Both the position numbers and the translations under genes were made by a program. From Paraglomus brasilianum (taxonomy: Eukaryota), in NCBI GenBank assembly GCA_910592345.1, contig CAJVPI010000042.1, positions 1 through 64,000 on the forward strand: DNA of 64,000 bases, in the 5' to 3' direction. The first letter of the stretch is position 1; the number at the start of each line of letters is the position of its first letter. The notes under the pieces are model-generated. The model did no database searches and was not told where the DNA came from. It saw nothing but the letters and a program-made list of their open reading frames with translations. This document shows, piece by piece, positions 12,990 to 27,319 of this stretch.

Positions 12990-13535
12990 CAAGATCTTTC
13001 AGCAGAACAGAGAGAACGAGACAACGATTGATGGGTTGCTAATGTTCCAAAATTAGGGCGTTGACTGGATATGTCATGCACATGGTCTTTAAAGAATGTC
13101 GATCTTGACCAAGAAGAGGAAATCACGGTTTTTTGTCACTGGCTAAATGAACTTATCACTCAACATTGCACTCGGCGAAAACTATAATGCGACATTTCTC
13201 TTAGTTCTTTGAAATAATTACATAATCGCAGTCTCTTCCACATGCGAAAAGTTTGAATTGAATGAGTAAAAATTGGCTTTGATGATGATGAGAGAAGTTA
13301 CTCGGTAATCTCAAATTTCTAAATGTAAATAGAGTTGAAAGTTAATTAAATGTGAATCAAGAAAGCTGCACACTTTACAAATAACATACGCATTTGTGAT
13401 AAAACTTAGGCTATATAAATGATACACCAAGGAAATGATTTTGACAAATAACGTCTAAATAAAAAACAAAACAAAATAAAATAAAACAATTCATACACAA
13501 AATCGCTTGTAAAAAGGTACTAATGTTAACGATCA

Positions 13536-13631
13536 TCTCAATCAGTCCAGAACTCAAACATTTTAGTTGTCTCGGTCCAGAACTCAGTCATCTCAGTTCA
13601 GAACTGAGACAGGTCCCGAACTGAGGTACAA
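13536..13631. mobile_element. Short interspersed TIR element, copy 1 of 3 (left end missing)
   Basis: CTCAGTCCAGAACTCAGT-like units and right end CTGAGACAGGTCCCGAACTGAGGTACAA, shared with 26311-26424 and 28210-28313. Confidence 0.7.
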
Positions 13632-14257
13632 TACTAATACCGTTGTATCATAAAATCACGCGATAGTAATTTTAGCACGGTGTCAGCTAACACCGTGTGA
13701 CTAACGAATCAGTATTGTTTTATCAACATATTGGTTATCATTCCATCCCAATCCTCGAAAATTATAATCGAAATATATGCCCATAAATAAGAAACATTCC
13801 ACAATCAAACATTCTGTTCTTCTGATTTTGGAAAGAGTATAATGAGTCATTGGCTTCTATAGTCATTGCAGGCTTGCAATTGAATAAAACTCTTGTGAAG
13901 ATAATGCATAAAATTTAATATGTTGATATTAATATTATCAGATTCTAGATTAATAAGAGCATGGATTATTCATTTACCAATAATTCTCGATTACCTAGAT
14001 AATATCTGAATTCGTTAATGTCAACGTAAAGTTTAGCTCCAACAATCGTTAATTTAGGTTGCCTATAAAATCCATCCAGTTTGAATAAATAGAATAAAGA
14101 TGACGTTTGATATTTATTTGCTAAGACTAATACCAAACGACGACATAAACATTAAACTCCTTATCACGCAAGATGTGGGTCGCAGGATATTCTGCATATA
14201 CTGTATTCCCAAACTTTTTTGAATCAAACTCGTCATCACATAAAATATAGCTCACAA

Positions 14258-14334
14258 GTTGTTTTCACGCGATTTTTGTTCCGCGTTGCAGGTTGTTTTA
14301 CGCAAATTTTGGTTTCGCGTTGCAGGTTATTTTC
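14258..14334. repeat. Short tandem repeat, ~35-bp unit, ~2.3 copies
   Basis: GTTGTTTT(C)ACGC..TTTT.G(G)TT(C/T)CGCGTTGCAG repeated. Confidence 0.6.
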
Positions 14335-17300
14335 ATCATCTCGACATTTAAATAATGACGCAATCACAATCTCATCGTAAATTACATAACTGTTGTAATT
14401 ATATTTCACTATGTCTTATGTAATTATACTAAATCTATTGATTACTCAAAAATGTAGAAATAATTAGAATTACTTTATATGTGGCATTTATATATCTGAA
14501 TAATCTGTAAAAAAAAAAATACGTTTATAGGCTTAGCAATTAATAGTAGCAATATTTAATTGACTTTTTATAAAGCCAGCCATTATCAATTTTGCAAATT
14601 GTCCAATAAAGCTTTTATAAATTTAATCGTAAAACGCGAGTTTTGTGTAAAACTTGGTCGTTAGACTTTGCCGCTAAATATAAAATACCTGGAGGTGCTG
14701 AAAAGTTTTGTCGCCAGGGTTGGATTTAAACAATCAGCTGACCTATGCAAAAATAGAGTTCCGCAACGTTTCGAGGAATGAATTAAATAAAAGATTACAA
14801 AAATTCATTTCGCCATTCTTGAGAACCCATTTTTGAAAAAAGAATAGGCCATAAACGATAACGATAATACATTTTCGTTTCATGTAGGAGCCAACTCAGG
14901 TTCACAGCGAGTTAGTCAATGGAGATGCACCATCTCTTCACACGGTTTAAAGCTGTTCAAGTGATAGAGATGACAGCATTCTTGACAAGGCTTGTTCTGA
15001 GCGTCCTTGCGAAGCAGTGACGTCAGAAAAAAAATTGCCAAAGTCGACAACTTCATACAAAATTGACCCTCATATTACTACCATAGTCAGTAGGTTTTTC
15101 CCATGAAAGCTTCATGCAAATAGTATACTGTCAGAAGTATTTTCAAACATTATGAAAAAAATCAGTTTAGATGTCATGCTTTACTATGACATGTTATCCC
15201 GCATAGGTCAGCAACCGTAACTGAAGATCTTCACAAGTAACACTTCTTCCCAATCTTCCATATAGTCCAGATCCTTCTCCTTGTAATTTTTTCTTATTCC
15301 TTCAAATCATGAAAATTTTATTTTTTTTTGAAAATTTGGCAAAAGCTGTTCAGCCAGTTGTTAATACCATCCCAAAGCTGACTATGAGATGTCCCTCTAG
15401 AGTTGGCAGAATTGTTTGCAACATTGCAGAGATGTTATTTTGAGGAATCAAATAGTTTTGTATTTAGAATCATCAAAATAAAGAATCGATGACAAAACTT
15501 TTCAGCCCCCCCCCCACGTATGTCAGAAAAATAAAACATAGGCGCAATTCAATAAAATAAAAATACGCCAAGCTATGAAATGATTATTATTTTTTCGACA
15601 TCTCTCTGACATCTTTGGTCATCGGAGGTTGGATTCGATCATAATTTCGACAATTATGAATGAAAATCTCGAACAACTTGCCCATCCATTCTCATACCTC
15701 TGACAGACTCTGTAATTAAAATATGCCTGCAATGTGAGCGAAAGAATTTGGAAAACTTGCAACTTTTTGAATAATTATTATCACTCTGATGCATCACGTG
15801 AATTAGAATTCAATGCACTGATTGGTATATTCTTTCTATCGCAATGGTGTGGTTCTGAATATCTAGAATGCCACTTTCACTACTTTCTTATACTCATAAC
15901 AATTACTACATTCACCTTTTATCATGCCTTTTCTTTTCGAATAATAAAGCGTATTTACAAGCTTCCGCTTTCTTTTTTAATGTTCTGGGCAAGTAGAAAT
16001 ATCACGTGTATCATTGGAATAACATCCGTTGCTGCAGTGTGTAACTGTAGTTTCAATCGAAGATCCTTGTCCCACGGAATTTTCTCAAGCTCTTTTGATT
16101 TACTGTTACTGGCGTTCTTGGCGTTTTCCGCATTATTCCGTCGGGAATTCCTGGATTGTGTATGTTGTGTCACTGTATATTGCCAAATGGGTTCTAACTT
16201 AATTTACAAAACCGGAATTCAAAAAGAATTTCGATTCTATATTTGTTGCCTGCAAATGTTCTAGACGACCAATGTAACAATCACAAAAATCATCTTTGGT
16301 TACTATTTCATCCACTTCGTGCTCCGAGCAAGTAGGCAATTATAAAATAACTTTAATCAAAAACGAACCTGCCATTCTTGTCGATAGTGATTGGTTATCA
16401 CATATCGGAAATGTACTCCGATTGCAGTTGTATTTTTTTTTTCATGCTGATAACATGATAATGCCAAATTATTTGTTTTTGTTCTTACGAGAATGGTCAG
16501 ATTGATTCATAATGTTATGCTTATATCGGTGCCACTGCTTACACAATTACGCAAGGAACAATGAGTCCATCTACTATAAGAATTATCGCATCTCCTTGTT
16601 TTCTTAATTAGGTAATCATGTTATTCCTACGCTTCTTGCGCGAGTGACCAGTCGAACTCTAGCAACAAGGTTTGATATCTGATAGCATTGCTATTGGTCA
16701 GTCTCATGAATGATCATTGATAAATGACTATCATTATTACTTTTTCATTAACTTATAATGACTAGTATTTACTTTTCCTCGCATAAAGCCATATGCTCAT
16801 TATCAATCAACATTGGTACCACACAAATAAGAATTGCTGTGAAACCTGATACTCAGCGAGCAGATGATAAGTGAGAGAATGTGTGACTGTTGTTCCATCG
16901 ACACACATTTAAAAATAGATAGGACAACCCCATTGTAATCTATGGCAATGATATACACGGCTATTGGTCAAACATTGCCAAAAAGTATGCATTGTTGAAT
17001 AGAACACTACGAGATGATATTAATAATGTTCTTCAGTCTATACCGAATGTAATAAAAACTCTTGTATCACTACACATTTTACTAATAAAACATAACAAAC
17101 CTTTTTGGAACCTCCTTGTTCTCTTATGTAATATCAATCTGATCTGTTCATATAATGTGCAGAAGCGACATATTGTTACACATTATAATGCATGTGCATA
17201 GTATTATGTTAATATATTAATATCAGATTCCGATTGCAATACTTCGTAAATAACGGGGTCATTATGAAGTTTGAAAAAAAAAGTTTTGTTCATTTTTTCA

Positions 17301-20300
17301 GAGCGAATTGGAAAAAAAAAAGTTACTGTAAGATATATGAATAAATTTTGAGTGTTAATATATATTATATATCCCCAATATTACTCGCAGTAGGTCAAAT
17401 GATCCTACATGCTCAATGTTTGCTGCTGTTATTGGTTTGTAATATGCTACCCCGTACATGGTAATTTATTAATAATATCGGAGGCTACCTTAGTTCTTAT
17501 TTGAATTTTTTATTCATCATAGTAAGATTTTATGTTAATAGTCTTGTTATGTCTCTTGGCCTCTTCTCGAGTTCCCGTTGGTTTAACTTCTTGCAACTGT
17601 CCACTTGTTTACCACTTTACTCTTGGTTAGCTTTTATTGAAAATTTAACGTTTAAGCGCTGTTTAAATAGTATTGTAAGCACACTATATATATATATTTC
17701 TTAATAGATCTTCAATGAATAGAAAGAAAAAAACAAGGTCATAAGCCACTACGTGTAAGAAATTTTATTTTGGCCTTTGACTTAATCTTTAATAATTTGT
17801 TCTATGTTCGTATATATTACTGAATTATTGTATGTATATAGATTGAATTGGCTCATGCGGTAATTATCTTATGATAACTATTAGACAAAATATTTTTTTC
17901 TCCGAACAATCGAATAAGTTTTATTCAAAAAACGTATTGTTCATTGGGGAGGTTCAAGTATTTTGTTAACTTGCAGGTAGTAAAAGATTTTACTACGAAA
18001 TCTTTTTCCTTTAGTTGAATGATAATATATGATATATATGCTACATATAAGAGCTCATTTAAAAGAAAACTTATTATTATAATTAATGTTAGTATTTACT
18101 ACTACCCCCGTATATAAAATTTATTTATATGTATTCAATTGCTACTTAGTAAAGAAAATTTTTGTTTAGGAAAATTTTTTTATCCCTATTTTTCTGTTAA
18201 ATTTGATGGGAAAATTAAAGTGAATGGAGAGAGTAAGACAGGGATCAGTTTACGGAAAGTTAGTTAATTAATACTACAGCATTTGTAGTTGTATTATTCG
18301 CAATAATAAATAAATAGCGGTCATGTGCAGATTACTATTGGCTCGAAAAATAAATATACTTATTAAGTGTAACACCCATGATGTAGTAACACAAAATAAT
18401 GGTGCTCTGTGTTTAAGAGAAATGATACTATTTCCTGACGCGTGTTTACTTTATTCTTTAGCTGCGCTACCTTTCGCCTACACTCGTCTACGGGGATGAA
18501 TAAAATAACTGATAACATTTCTGATAGAGAGGAGTCTGGGTACGTAAGATTAGCCGAGAACTGGGTGGTTGGTCGAGTGCAGGCTTATCTTTCATTAACG
18601 TTGTACAGTATGACGTATCATTTTCATTTTTGGCACCAATAATTTTAAAACTCATTTTCACAATGGGATTAAGGTTCATAACGCAAAGCACGTTGGGAAC
18701 AATGGCCCAAGGTTACACACATCGTATATGTTCATTGTGTTAATTTTGTGATTATGTATCGGGTACGCCCCCCCCTATTGTGTATACACACACAAACCGT
18801 CCATAACTTTTACCCAGATATCCGTCGTCGATAAACATGATAGAAGTACGGTTACGGGAAAACAATCTTGGCTTTTAAGCACAAATACCAAGCATTACGG
18901 GTTAATGACAATCAGGTTGAAAAATTATGTTCGGTTTAAGAAACTAGTCAAACAAAAATTACTTATAGTTCAACTCGGTAGCAAGCGCCCTAGACCATTG
19001 AAAGAACAAATAGGCTGCGGCACACTACTTGGCATGACTAATTGTACATAAGCAGGATGTTTACTTTTTCACTGTTAGAGAATATTTTTATTAATATTAG
19101 TTTAGCATTTGTGAGATGATTATTCTACACGTCATCATTAAAACATAATTGACGGTAGAAATATTATGATAATCAACTTTTGGTTCCAACCGTGCACATG
19201 AGAGTTTTGTTGCGAATTTGCCCAGTCTTTATCAAGTTAAAATATAAGTTTCTTTTCGATAGCAAAATAAAATCGGCTGAAAGGCTACAGCCCAGCCCAT
19301 CGCCATCAGACTCTCATGCTATTTTCGCTATAGTTGATTGTTTGTCTAAAGCCACAATCGCCGTTTAAGAGATCGATCAAAACAACTTTACCACACATTA
19401 TACGGCTATACATTACTCCCAAAGCAGTAGCCAGTCAACGAATGTTACAATCAAGTATTGTTGGTTATAGTTTATTGTAGCATCGCCACTTATTACTTAA
19501 TCCATTATTATATAAGACTTGGTACTAAATCATATCTAACAAACGGCAATAAAAGAAGAAAAAAATAAATAAACAATTGTAAATCGGGCAATGTTTACAA
19601 TTGTGACTGCAATAAAGTTATCTGTTTATTCTACGTATATACAGTATGTATATATAATTACCTATTCTAATTAATGTCGAATCTAGTCGATTGTTGTTAT
19701 TATTATTGTTGGACAATCGGTGATTACCTAGATGGTACCCATGTCAAAACATTACCAACCATATATGGACATACAGCAGAATTTAGGAAAGGATCAATAC
19801 TAAAAGGCATCTTTCTAGACCATCGCTCTTAAAGATTCGTGCCATGAAACGGGAATCCTCTAAACTAAACACTCTCCCCCCGATCGCGTCACATGTACAT
19901 ACACATACGTATTTCATATTTCTGTGATTTTCGAATTGTCCGAATTACTCGTGTATACGTGGCTTTTTTCAGAACAGGAACTACTGAGTGAGCATTCCAT
20001 ATATAAATTCTCCCTTTTTGCTTACATCATTCGGAAATTAAGGAATTATCAACGTTCTGCTCAATAACACTTGTATGAATTAAAAACGTCTCTAATCGCT
20101 TGTGGACCAACATTTATGAACCCCCAAATTTTTTGTTACTAATACTTATTTATTTACTATAACCTAATTCGCACCCCCTTTATTTTTCAATTTTTTTATT
20201 TTACAAATATTTCCTACTACTTTAAGTTAAGAATAGGCTTTCGAATGCAGGGAGAGAACAAGTTAAAGCATTGAATGAAAGTGAGGAAAGCGAGGGAGTA

Positions 20301-20813
20301 GGAAGACAAGAATGGGGGTATAACTAACCAAAGTTCAAAGCACAAATTTTTACAAGGGAAAAAAAAAGGTGAATATAAAGAAAGAAGAGAAAAAAATAGA
20401 TAAACAAGAAATGCAAAATATGCACAATATCACACAATGTTCGATGCCGCCAAAAGGTGTCATTGCAATAAACAAGCGTTCTTTTTTTTTTGTTTTGTGG
20501 AGAATAAAACCAACCTTCAAATGAAAATCTCCCTCGCATTAACCTACCAAAGCATAACTACGAGTCAAAAGCAATTATTAAACTAATACTAATAATAAGT
20601 TCTCGGTCGCCTTGTAGCGAACTGAAACTCTTCGTGCTACTTATTCATAAAGCAGTTTGCAAATTCTTCACGTAAATCATCGTTCTTGCAGGTTATTAAC
20701 AACCCTCGCGTATTCTTCGTTTGGCCCTTATCTCTAATCCATATCAACAACTTATATATCATCCTCCGACACTCACATGTTGCTTTTCTTTTGCTTGCAA
20801 GACTCTCTCCGCT

Positions 20814-22624
20814 TCAAAAATGACTAAAATCCACTTCCCTAACATCTTCGACTCTAACAATAACATCTGCGTGGCCAACCCCATGAATAGCCTTTCTTAC
20901 AACATCTCCCGGCATGTATTCGAGTTCACCGTTTGCACTCATTAATACGAATTGCTTCCCGGAGGGAGGCGGTTTTTTGAAGGCAAAGTTGATGAGGGAC
21001 TCAAAGGTCGTATTGTCGGTTACGGCAATGTTGTTTTTGTAAACTTTACTTGGCGAGCGAATTGTAACTGAGCGGATCTGTTGGAATGTCGGCGAAGATA
21101 CTGGAGAATCTATAAAGCGTGTGTTGAGAAGGATATAGTGATGAAACATGGAATACCACGAGGAAGAATAGCGTCAAGTTTAGCGTTGGATATTTGAATG
21201 TGAAAATGGAAAAGACATCAAAAACAGGGTTAGCTCAACGCTTGTATAGCATTTGCAATTCTCAACTTACACTCAGCGTTGGGAAATTCAAAATTATTGA
21301 ATTCATTCATACCAAACAGACCTGTTATCATATCAAGCCCAGTGTTAGATAAACGTGGTGGACTTTTGCGTGGAGTGAGTGGCGCAAGAGGTAAGTTTGT
21401 CGGCGTATGATTGATATTTGTGCCGATTACAAGATTCGTCTTTGGAGCTAGAGTAGATTTGGGTAGAGAAAAAGATACTGATATTGTGAGAGTACGTTCT
21501 TAAACACTTATTCACATTCTACATCACGATTATCTTGATTAACTTTTCTACCTCCGTTCGCTGCGTTTCCATTAGTATTCCTCTTTCCGTACACCACTAA
21601 TTGTACTGCGCTGCCGCCTTCCGCCTGCCCGCACACAGAAGTCCAAAACATCTTGAAACTATCATCATCTGCCAACGGACAGCGCTGATCTGCGTCCCAT
21701 GATTCGAGTCGATAATACAAGGTAGTTTTGTCGACCTCTCCCCATCTCTTGGAGTGGCGATGCTTGGAAAGCGCCTCGTAGACCAGTTTCAAGGCATTCA
21801 CAGAATCAGCTGTAGAGAGGTCGGGTAAGACGAGTTTTGAAACAGGGTCGATGCGAGTTGGTGGTGACGACGAGTTGTCGTAGCAGACTAGGGTGAGTTG
21901 GATTGGAGGTGTTGTATCTAAATCGGTTGGGAAGAGGATGAGGAAGGGAAAGAAGCGTTAGTCACACACGAAAAACTACGAGTTGATGTTATAGGTCAAT
22001 ATGCATTGATCGAATCGGTTATGATTCGCGATGCAAACGATTTCTTTACCAGTATATCGCATATCTAATGTTGATCGATTTGTCTAACCTCCGTTGATCT
22101 AATCTGCTTGACCTAGCTAACATACTAATAATGTCTTTCAGATGTAAACTACTACTACCCTTCCCCCCCTAATGCACTATTATTGCCGACGATCGTCTAT
22201 ACGGTTTGCTACTCTTTTGGTTAAACTCACTTTCGGTCTCGTCCTGTACTTCATCGTCTTTTCCGGTTTTCTTCTTTGGATTCTTTCCTTCGGCCTTCTC
22301 TAGCTCTTCCAGCACGTCTCTCATCATCGGCTCAAATATTTCAGCATCCCATCCATGTTCCATTGCCATATTGTAGCTTTCAATATGCTGGAAATATTGA
22401 TCTAGCGAATTTGCTTTGATGCTGCCTTGCTTCTTTTTTGTAGCAATATACTCTTCCATGTATTCTTTCGTTACTGGAAAAAATGACTCTTCGTTTGGAT
22501 GGATAGATTTCATAACATTGATGTAATTCTTGACTCCGCAGCGGGAAGCACGGGTGGATAGGGAAACGGAACGTTGTCGACGACGGGGTTTAGATATGTG
22601 CAGGTGCTTTCGCGTTGCCGGCAT
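20814..22624 (-). CDS. Hypothetical protein: N-terminal tyrosine-recombinase core-binding (SAM-like)-like domain plus two PB1/ubiquitin-like domains; probable exons 22624-22231, 21917-21516, ~21448-21271, 21110-20814
   Basis: Phase-1 GT..AG junctions join four coding segments. FPVTKEYMEEYIATKKKQGSIKANSLDQYFQHIESYNMAMEHGW resembles the integrase N-terminal helical domain. TLYYRLE..CPLADDDSFKMFW resembles PB1. Extra small exons are possible. Confidence 0.65.
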
Positions 22625-25600
22625 TTTGTATCGTAAGTAGAAGAGGAAGTAGAATAGTGAATGGGGTTGGGGAGAATAGTGGTGTAGTGTGATAGTTCTA
22701 GCTGGTAGGTTGAATAGTGAGTAAGTAGGGAGGTCGTAAGTAAGGTCGTGAGTAATGCGGGAGAGTAATGTGACGAGTAGTGAAAGTTATAAAGAGTTTG
22801 GGTGGTTTTTTATAGTGAAGGGTTATAGTCATAAACTACCAAGGAATGGGTAAGTAAGGCGTAATATCAGAGGAATGAAGATTTAAGTAGAGTTTTTTTT
22901 TTTTTTTTGATGTAAGTTTATATATAGAAGGAAGGGGGGGGGGTAAAAGATGGTATGTAGTAGAATTTGTAGTGATAGTTACTTCTGATTGTTTGGGGAC
23001 AGTTAGCGTGTGTGTATTTCTTACAGCCTTGCTTAATAATTTACTCCCACTCGTAGTTTCTTTTTGCGTACTCTTATAGAATGTAGTAAATAAGGGAAAG
23101 GAAAACGAACTAATACTACGAGCTTGAGAAAAAAGGGCGCTGCTTACTTCTCCGCCATTCTAAACAATCGGGATTAATGGACGTCATAGCGTATGACGAA
23201 AGCAAAAGTTTAAAATACGAGTATAAATTAGAGTTATTTTTGTGGGATTAAGAATGCATGAGGATATGTAGTGATTTTGCGATTACAGTAAGAAAGATGA
23301 TAAAAAATAGATTAATGTTCAGTATACAATGCAACAGTTGATCCTATTACTATGTGATACTTGTTAATTATTGATTTGCATTCGTTTAATGAATTATTGT
23401 GTTTTTGTCTAACTGGAGGACAGCAATAACAATAAGTCTATTATAAGGTGGATGATAGATGCACAAATATACAAACGGTGTATATTATATAATAGATAAC
23501 AATATAGATAATACTAGAAGGACGTATTCTACTTTTGTTTATTGATACTCTATTTTGTGTACGTATGTAGGGGAAATGGCGGGAAAAGTTGGTATGATAA
23601 ATAATTCAGTTTTGTGGTCCGTTATCAATCCAATCACAATAGGATATAGAATAACAAGTACAGTCTCTATAAACTAATACTGCCGAACGTTCTTCCTATT
23701 CCGATTTATGCCTGATGGTCCCATTTTACTAACAATACGTTAACATTATGACATTCATTACTCATCTTACTCATGGTAACCATAAATATGTCGAGTGGAA
23801 TATAATCATATGTTATTTTAACATTAATAATAATCAATTCATCAATGTTTGGTATTATTAATGCAATTAATACTATTTTAGAAATAGTCTTAGGAGTTTA
23901 GTAAAAGCTATCGTACATGAGTGCCAAATGCACAACACACATAAACTTAGCTGCACGAATAAATTGATCAATGGCAGATAACAATAGAGAAAAAAATCTT
24001 ATTATACTCTGAGAGAAGCATTGGGATATTAGTGTCGATGAGTGAGAAGATGGAAGGAGAGGGAGGGAGAGGGAGAGGGAGGTGGGGAAGAGAGAGAGAG
24101 AATGGGACGGAAAAGAGTCTCCTTTGGGATAAGAGACTAACAGGTTAGATAATCCGCTGCTGGAATATTTGGTAAACACCCCCCAATCTTTACCATCATG
24201 TGAGATTCAGTCGCTACAAACACATCAACGTAATATATACCCATATCCATATATGTATTCATAAAGAGTCTCGAACCTTCAAAAAATGCTGTTGCACTTG
24301 TCTCAAGAATGGAAAACAGCAAGTTTTTCCGCATCCGTTGAAACTCAGACGTTGGACAATATAACGTCCCGTTCGATCTTGGGAACGCGAGTTTCAGATG
24401 AGAAACAGTTTCACGGCTTTTACATTTAACTGTTCGATTAATATCTGAGCTAATACTTTTTCGCAGAGTTCCGAACAGTTGCGTTTTATTCTCTGATTTG
24501 TTGTCGCATCCAACAACTTTGAAACAACCAACACACTTTAATGGTATGTCCAACCAAGCTCTCATCTCACCTAATTTCTATCTGTAATATATACTCGTAT
24601 TATCACTAATCCCGATAGTATGCAATACCAACAATAAGGCGCTTATTATTCATCTCGTCTAGGTCAACAATGAACATAGGAAGGGCAAAAGATTTAATGT
24701 AGGGATACGAGTGATTTTGTATATCCTTTTTACACCCTTGTTTAATTCAGAGACACAACTTATTAATTACTTGAAAAACATATTTTTAAGTTACACTCGC
24801 AATGTAGGTTAATAGTGCACAGCACGAACCCTCCCCCAATTTTAAGGTTTATGTTATAATTTTGGTGTTGCGAATGACGTAGTGTACACCTTAAATCTAA
24901 TTATCTCAGCATGATGGAAGATGGTGATGGTCTCGTAACCTAAAACGAATTTGTGCAATGGTTATGTGATTGTGACATACAATATGCAGTCAAGTGAACG
25001 TCTGACATCAGGTGCTAGGGTAAGGTGTCTTTCCCTCCAAACACGAGCGCGATTCGTTGGAATTGGTCATGTAGGTAATATTTTACTTGATTTTCAATTC
25101 TTTGCTAGCTTACAAGAATCTCGGTTACATTCTCGTTTTTTCGAATTACAATCTTAGCCAATAGTATCGTGCAGCCAGATAATTTATTAGATGTCTTTTT
25201 CATGTAACTGGTAAGAGAATTTATTATTGGCTTTTATAACATTAAAAACTATAAATATTGTAGAACAATCTGGATGAAATAATGTGGATGAATTACCGAA
25301 TCCTCCTCATCTAGGCAGAAACAATCTTGTTACTCTCTATGAACTGGGCGCCCGAATTATTGAAAGAACCGACATGAATTTTCTATTAGAAGTTACAAGA
25401 GATTGTAGTATTCAATCTGCCAAGCTGGAGAAGGTAAAGACAATGTCACAGAAGTTTGAGGAGGAAACATACAGCCATAATCTATTAGATCTTTGTTTCT
25501 TTGTTCGAGTTCTGTTATTATGTTGTCCCATTCTTTTTATTTAATATACCAATACTCTTTTTATGATATCATATTAAAGCGCTGTATATAATTATTTTAG

Positions 25601-26310
25601 TATTTTTTTTTTACTTAAAAGCTTTGGAAAGCTAGTGGTATTTTGTTGAAAGATTAGACTTAAATAAATTAATGACAAGTCGGGACAAATTACGAACGAT
25701 GAAGTAATGTAGGCGATTTTATTCTAAATACGGTGTGTCACTATTGATTGTTGTGCTACAACGGGAAGAGTAATGAATGAGCTTTATACTTTATTTAATA
25801 ATTTATGAGCAGTTTTATTGCCAATTAATAGAGCATTTGATTCACAAATATTTCCTATAATTAGCTTACGCTTTTGTCTTCTCGATTTTTCACTAAATTA
25901 TTCAGAAATAGAATCTCGATTCTTCGATTATAAACCGCCCTAACTTCACACAATGTTTGAGCATAGATTTCCTACAGTGTTTTGGCCAATTGCCATAAAA
26001 GATTTAAGACTGAACTATTGACAGGCCACTAATAGTCTTGTAATCGAATCTGACAGCAAAAAGCTAGGGTTGAGCAAAGCAAAAGTTTGAACTGTTTGAC
26101 AGTTTAAAAACAACCGTAAGTGTTTATAAAATACACGCGTTCGAAAAGCTTCTATTTTCTTGCCATTCTTTCGTCACACACTGTATTTCGTTGTTGCCAG
26201 TATAGATCTGTTAAATGGGCGACTATGATTTTTTGTAATCCAAAGGAAGAAGACTTTTAGTATTAAATGGATAAATATTAATTTCTTTGTAATTTCAGAA
26301 ACACTCGCTT

Positions 26311-26424
26311 TGTTGTGTCTGAGTTTGGGACCTGTCTCAGTTCGGAACCCAGTCACTCAGTCCAGAACTCAGTTGTCTCAGTCCAGAACTGAGATACGTG
26401 TAAGTCCCCAACTGAGGTACAACA
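26311..26424. mobile_element. Short interspersed TIR element, copy 2 (appears complete, TGTTGT..ACAACA ends)
   Basis: TGTTGTGTCTGAGTTTGGGAC..GTCCCCAACTGAGGTACAACA with internal ~22-bp units. Confidence 0.75.
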
Positions 26425-27319
26425 TCATCATTGTACTCGTCTGTCAAAGTGGGTAAAATTCACTCGCTATTTTATCAACTCTGCGAATAGCGCATAGACG
26501 TTGTCATTTTATTTCGGTAATTGGATCCATTCAAGGTTATTACTGGTGGCGATCAGGTTGCCATGTTGAATATTCTTAACTAACGACATAAATTTGGATA
26601 AAGAAAGTTTTTCAAGTAACAATTTTGGAGGGTGATTCTCAACTTAAACCATTATAATTAGTCATAAAATTTCTGGTTTATTGTTTTCGAGGCAGAGTTT
26701 ACGTTTTAAACCTTAAATACTATAAATTTTTTACATAACATTATTGCATCTGTAAATGGGCGCAAAACAACTGTAAGATGGGCTTCACGGTCTCAAAATA
26801 CAACATATTATATAAGATTTGGTGCAAAACATTAACAATTTATTTACTATTATTATATTTGCATGAAGAGAACTTATTAGTAGTAATACCAAAGAAGAGA
26901 GGAGGACAAAAATATTACACGCTTTTATTTCTAAAAAAGAGTCAACATTTAGTATTGCAGCAATCATAGCTTGGGTATAGATTATGGTGTGTTTTTTGTA
27001 AAGCGCATTCCATTAATTATGTTCTGCGGCAATTTCCCTTATTCATAGTAGCAAGCTGTTGGAACTGTTGTGCGATGGCTTCTTGTAATTTTTGCATGGT
27101 TGTGTTCTCTCTCGCAGCTAGCCAGTTTTTGAGGGGTAAGCCCTTTGGCAAGAGACCGATTTACACGCAAACAAATTTTGATCTATAGAGGGACCAATAG
27201 GATTCATCGTAACACAATTTCCTTTAACGTTATTATTATTAGACATATTCGCTTTCGGATTATTCAATAACGTAAATTTATTTGTATAATTCTAATAAAC
27301 AGAAAAAACGTTATTACTA

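Noticed and set aside
13676..13697. Small hairpin CACGGTGT..ACACCGTG as a Helitron 3' end
   Set aside because: No CTRR terminus at the expected distance and no other Helitron evidence.
15734..16264. 176-aa plus-strand ORF and minus-strand fragments over 14.8-16.3 kb
   Set aside because: No recognisable motif; probably the shadow of a decayed minus-strand gene or TE that I cannot assign.
23898..24565. 142-aa and 93-aa minus-strand ORFs
   Set aside because: No domain motifs or clear splice structure, and the shorter ORF is driven by a GA-rich microsatellite. A real gene is not excluded.
26311..26424. CRISPR-like appearance of the short repeated units (also 13536, 28210 and the 27503 array)
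   Set aside because: Units are contiguous with no unique spacers, no cas genes are present, and the context is eukaryotic.
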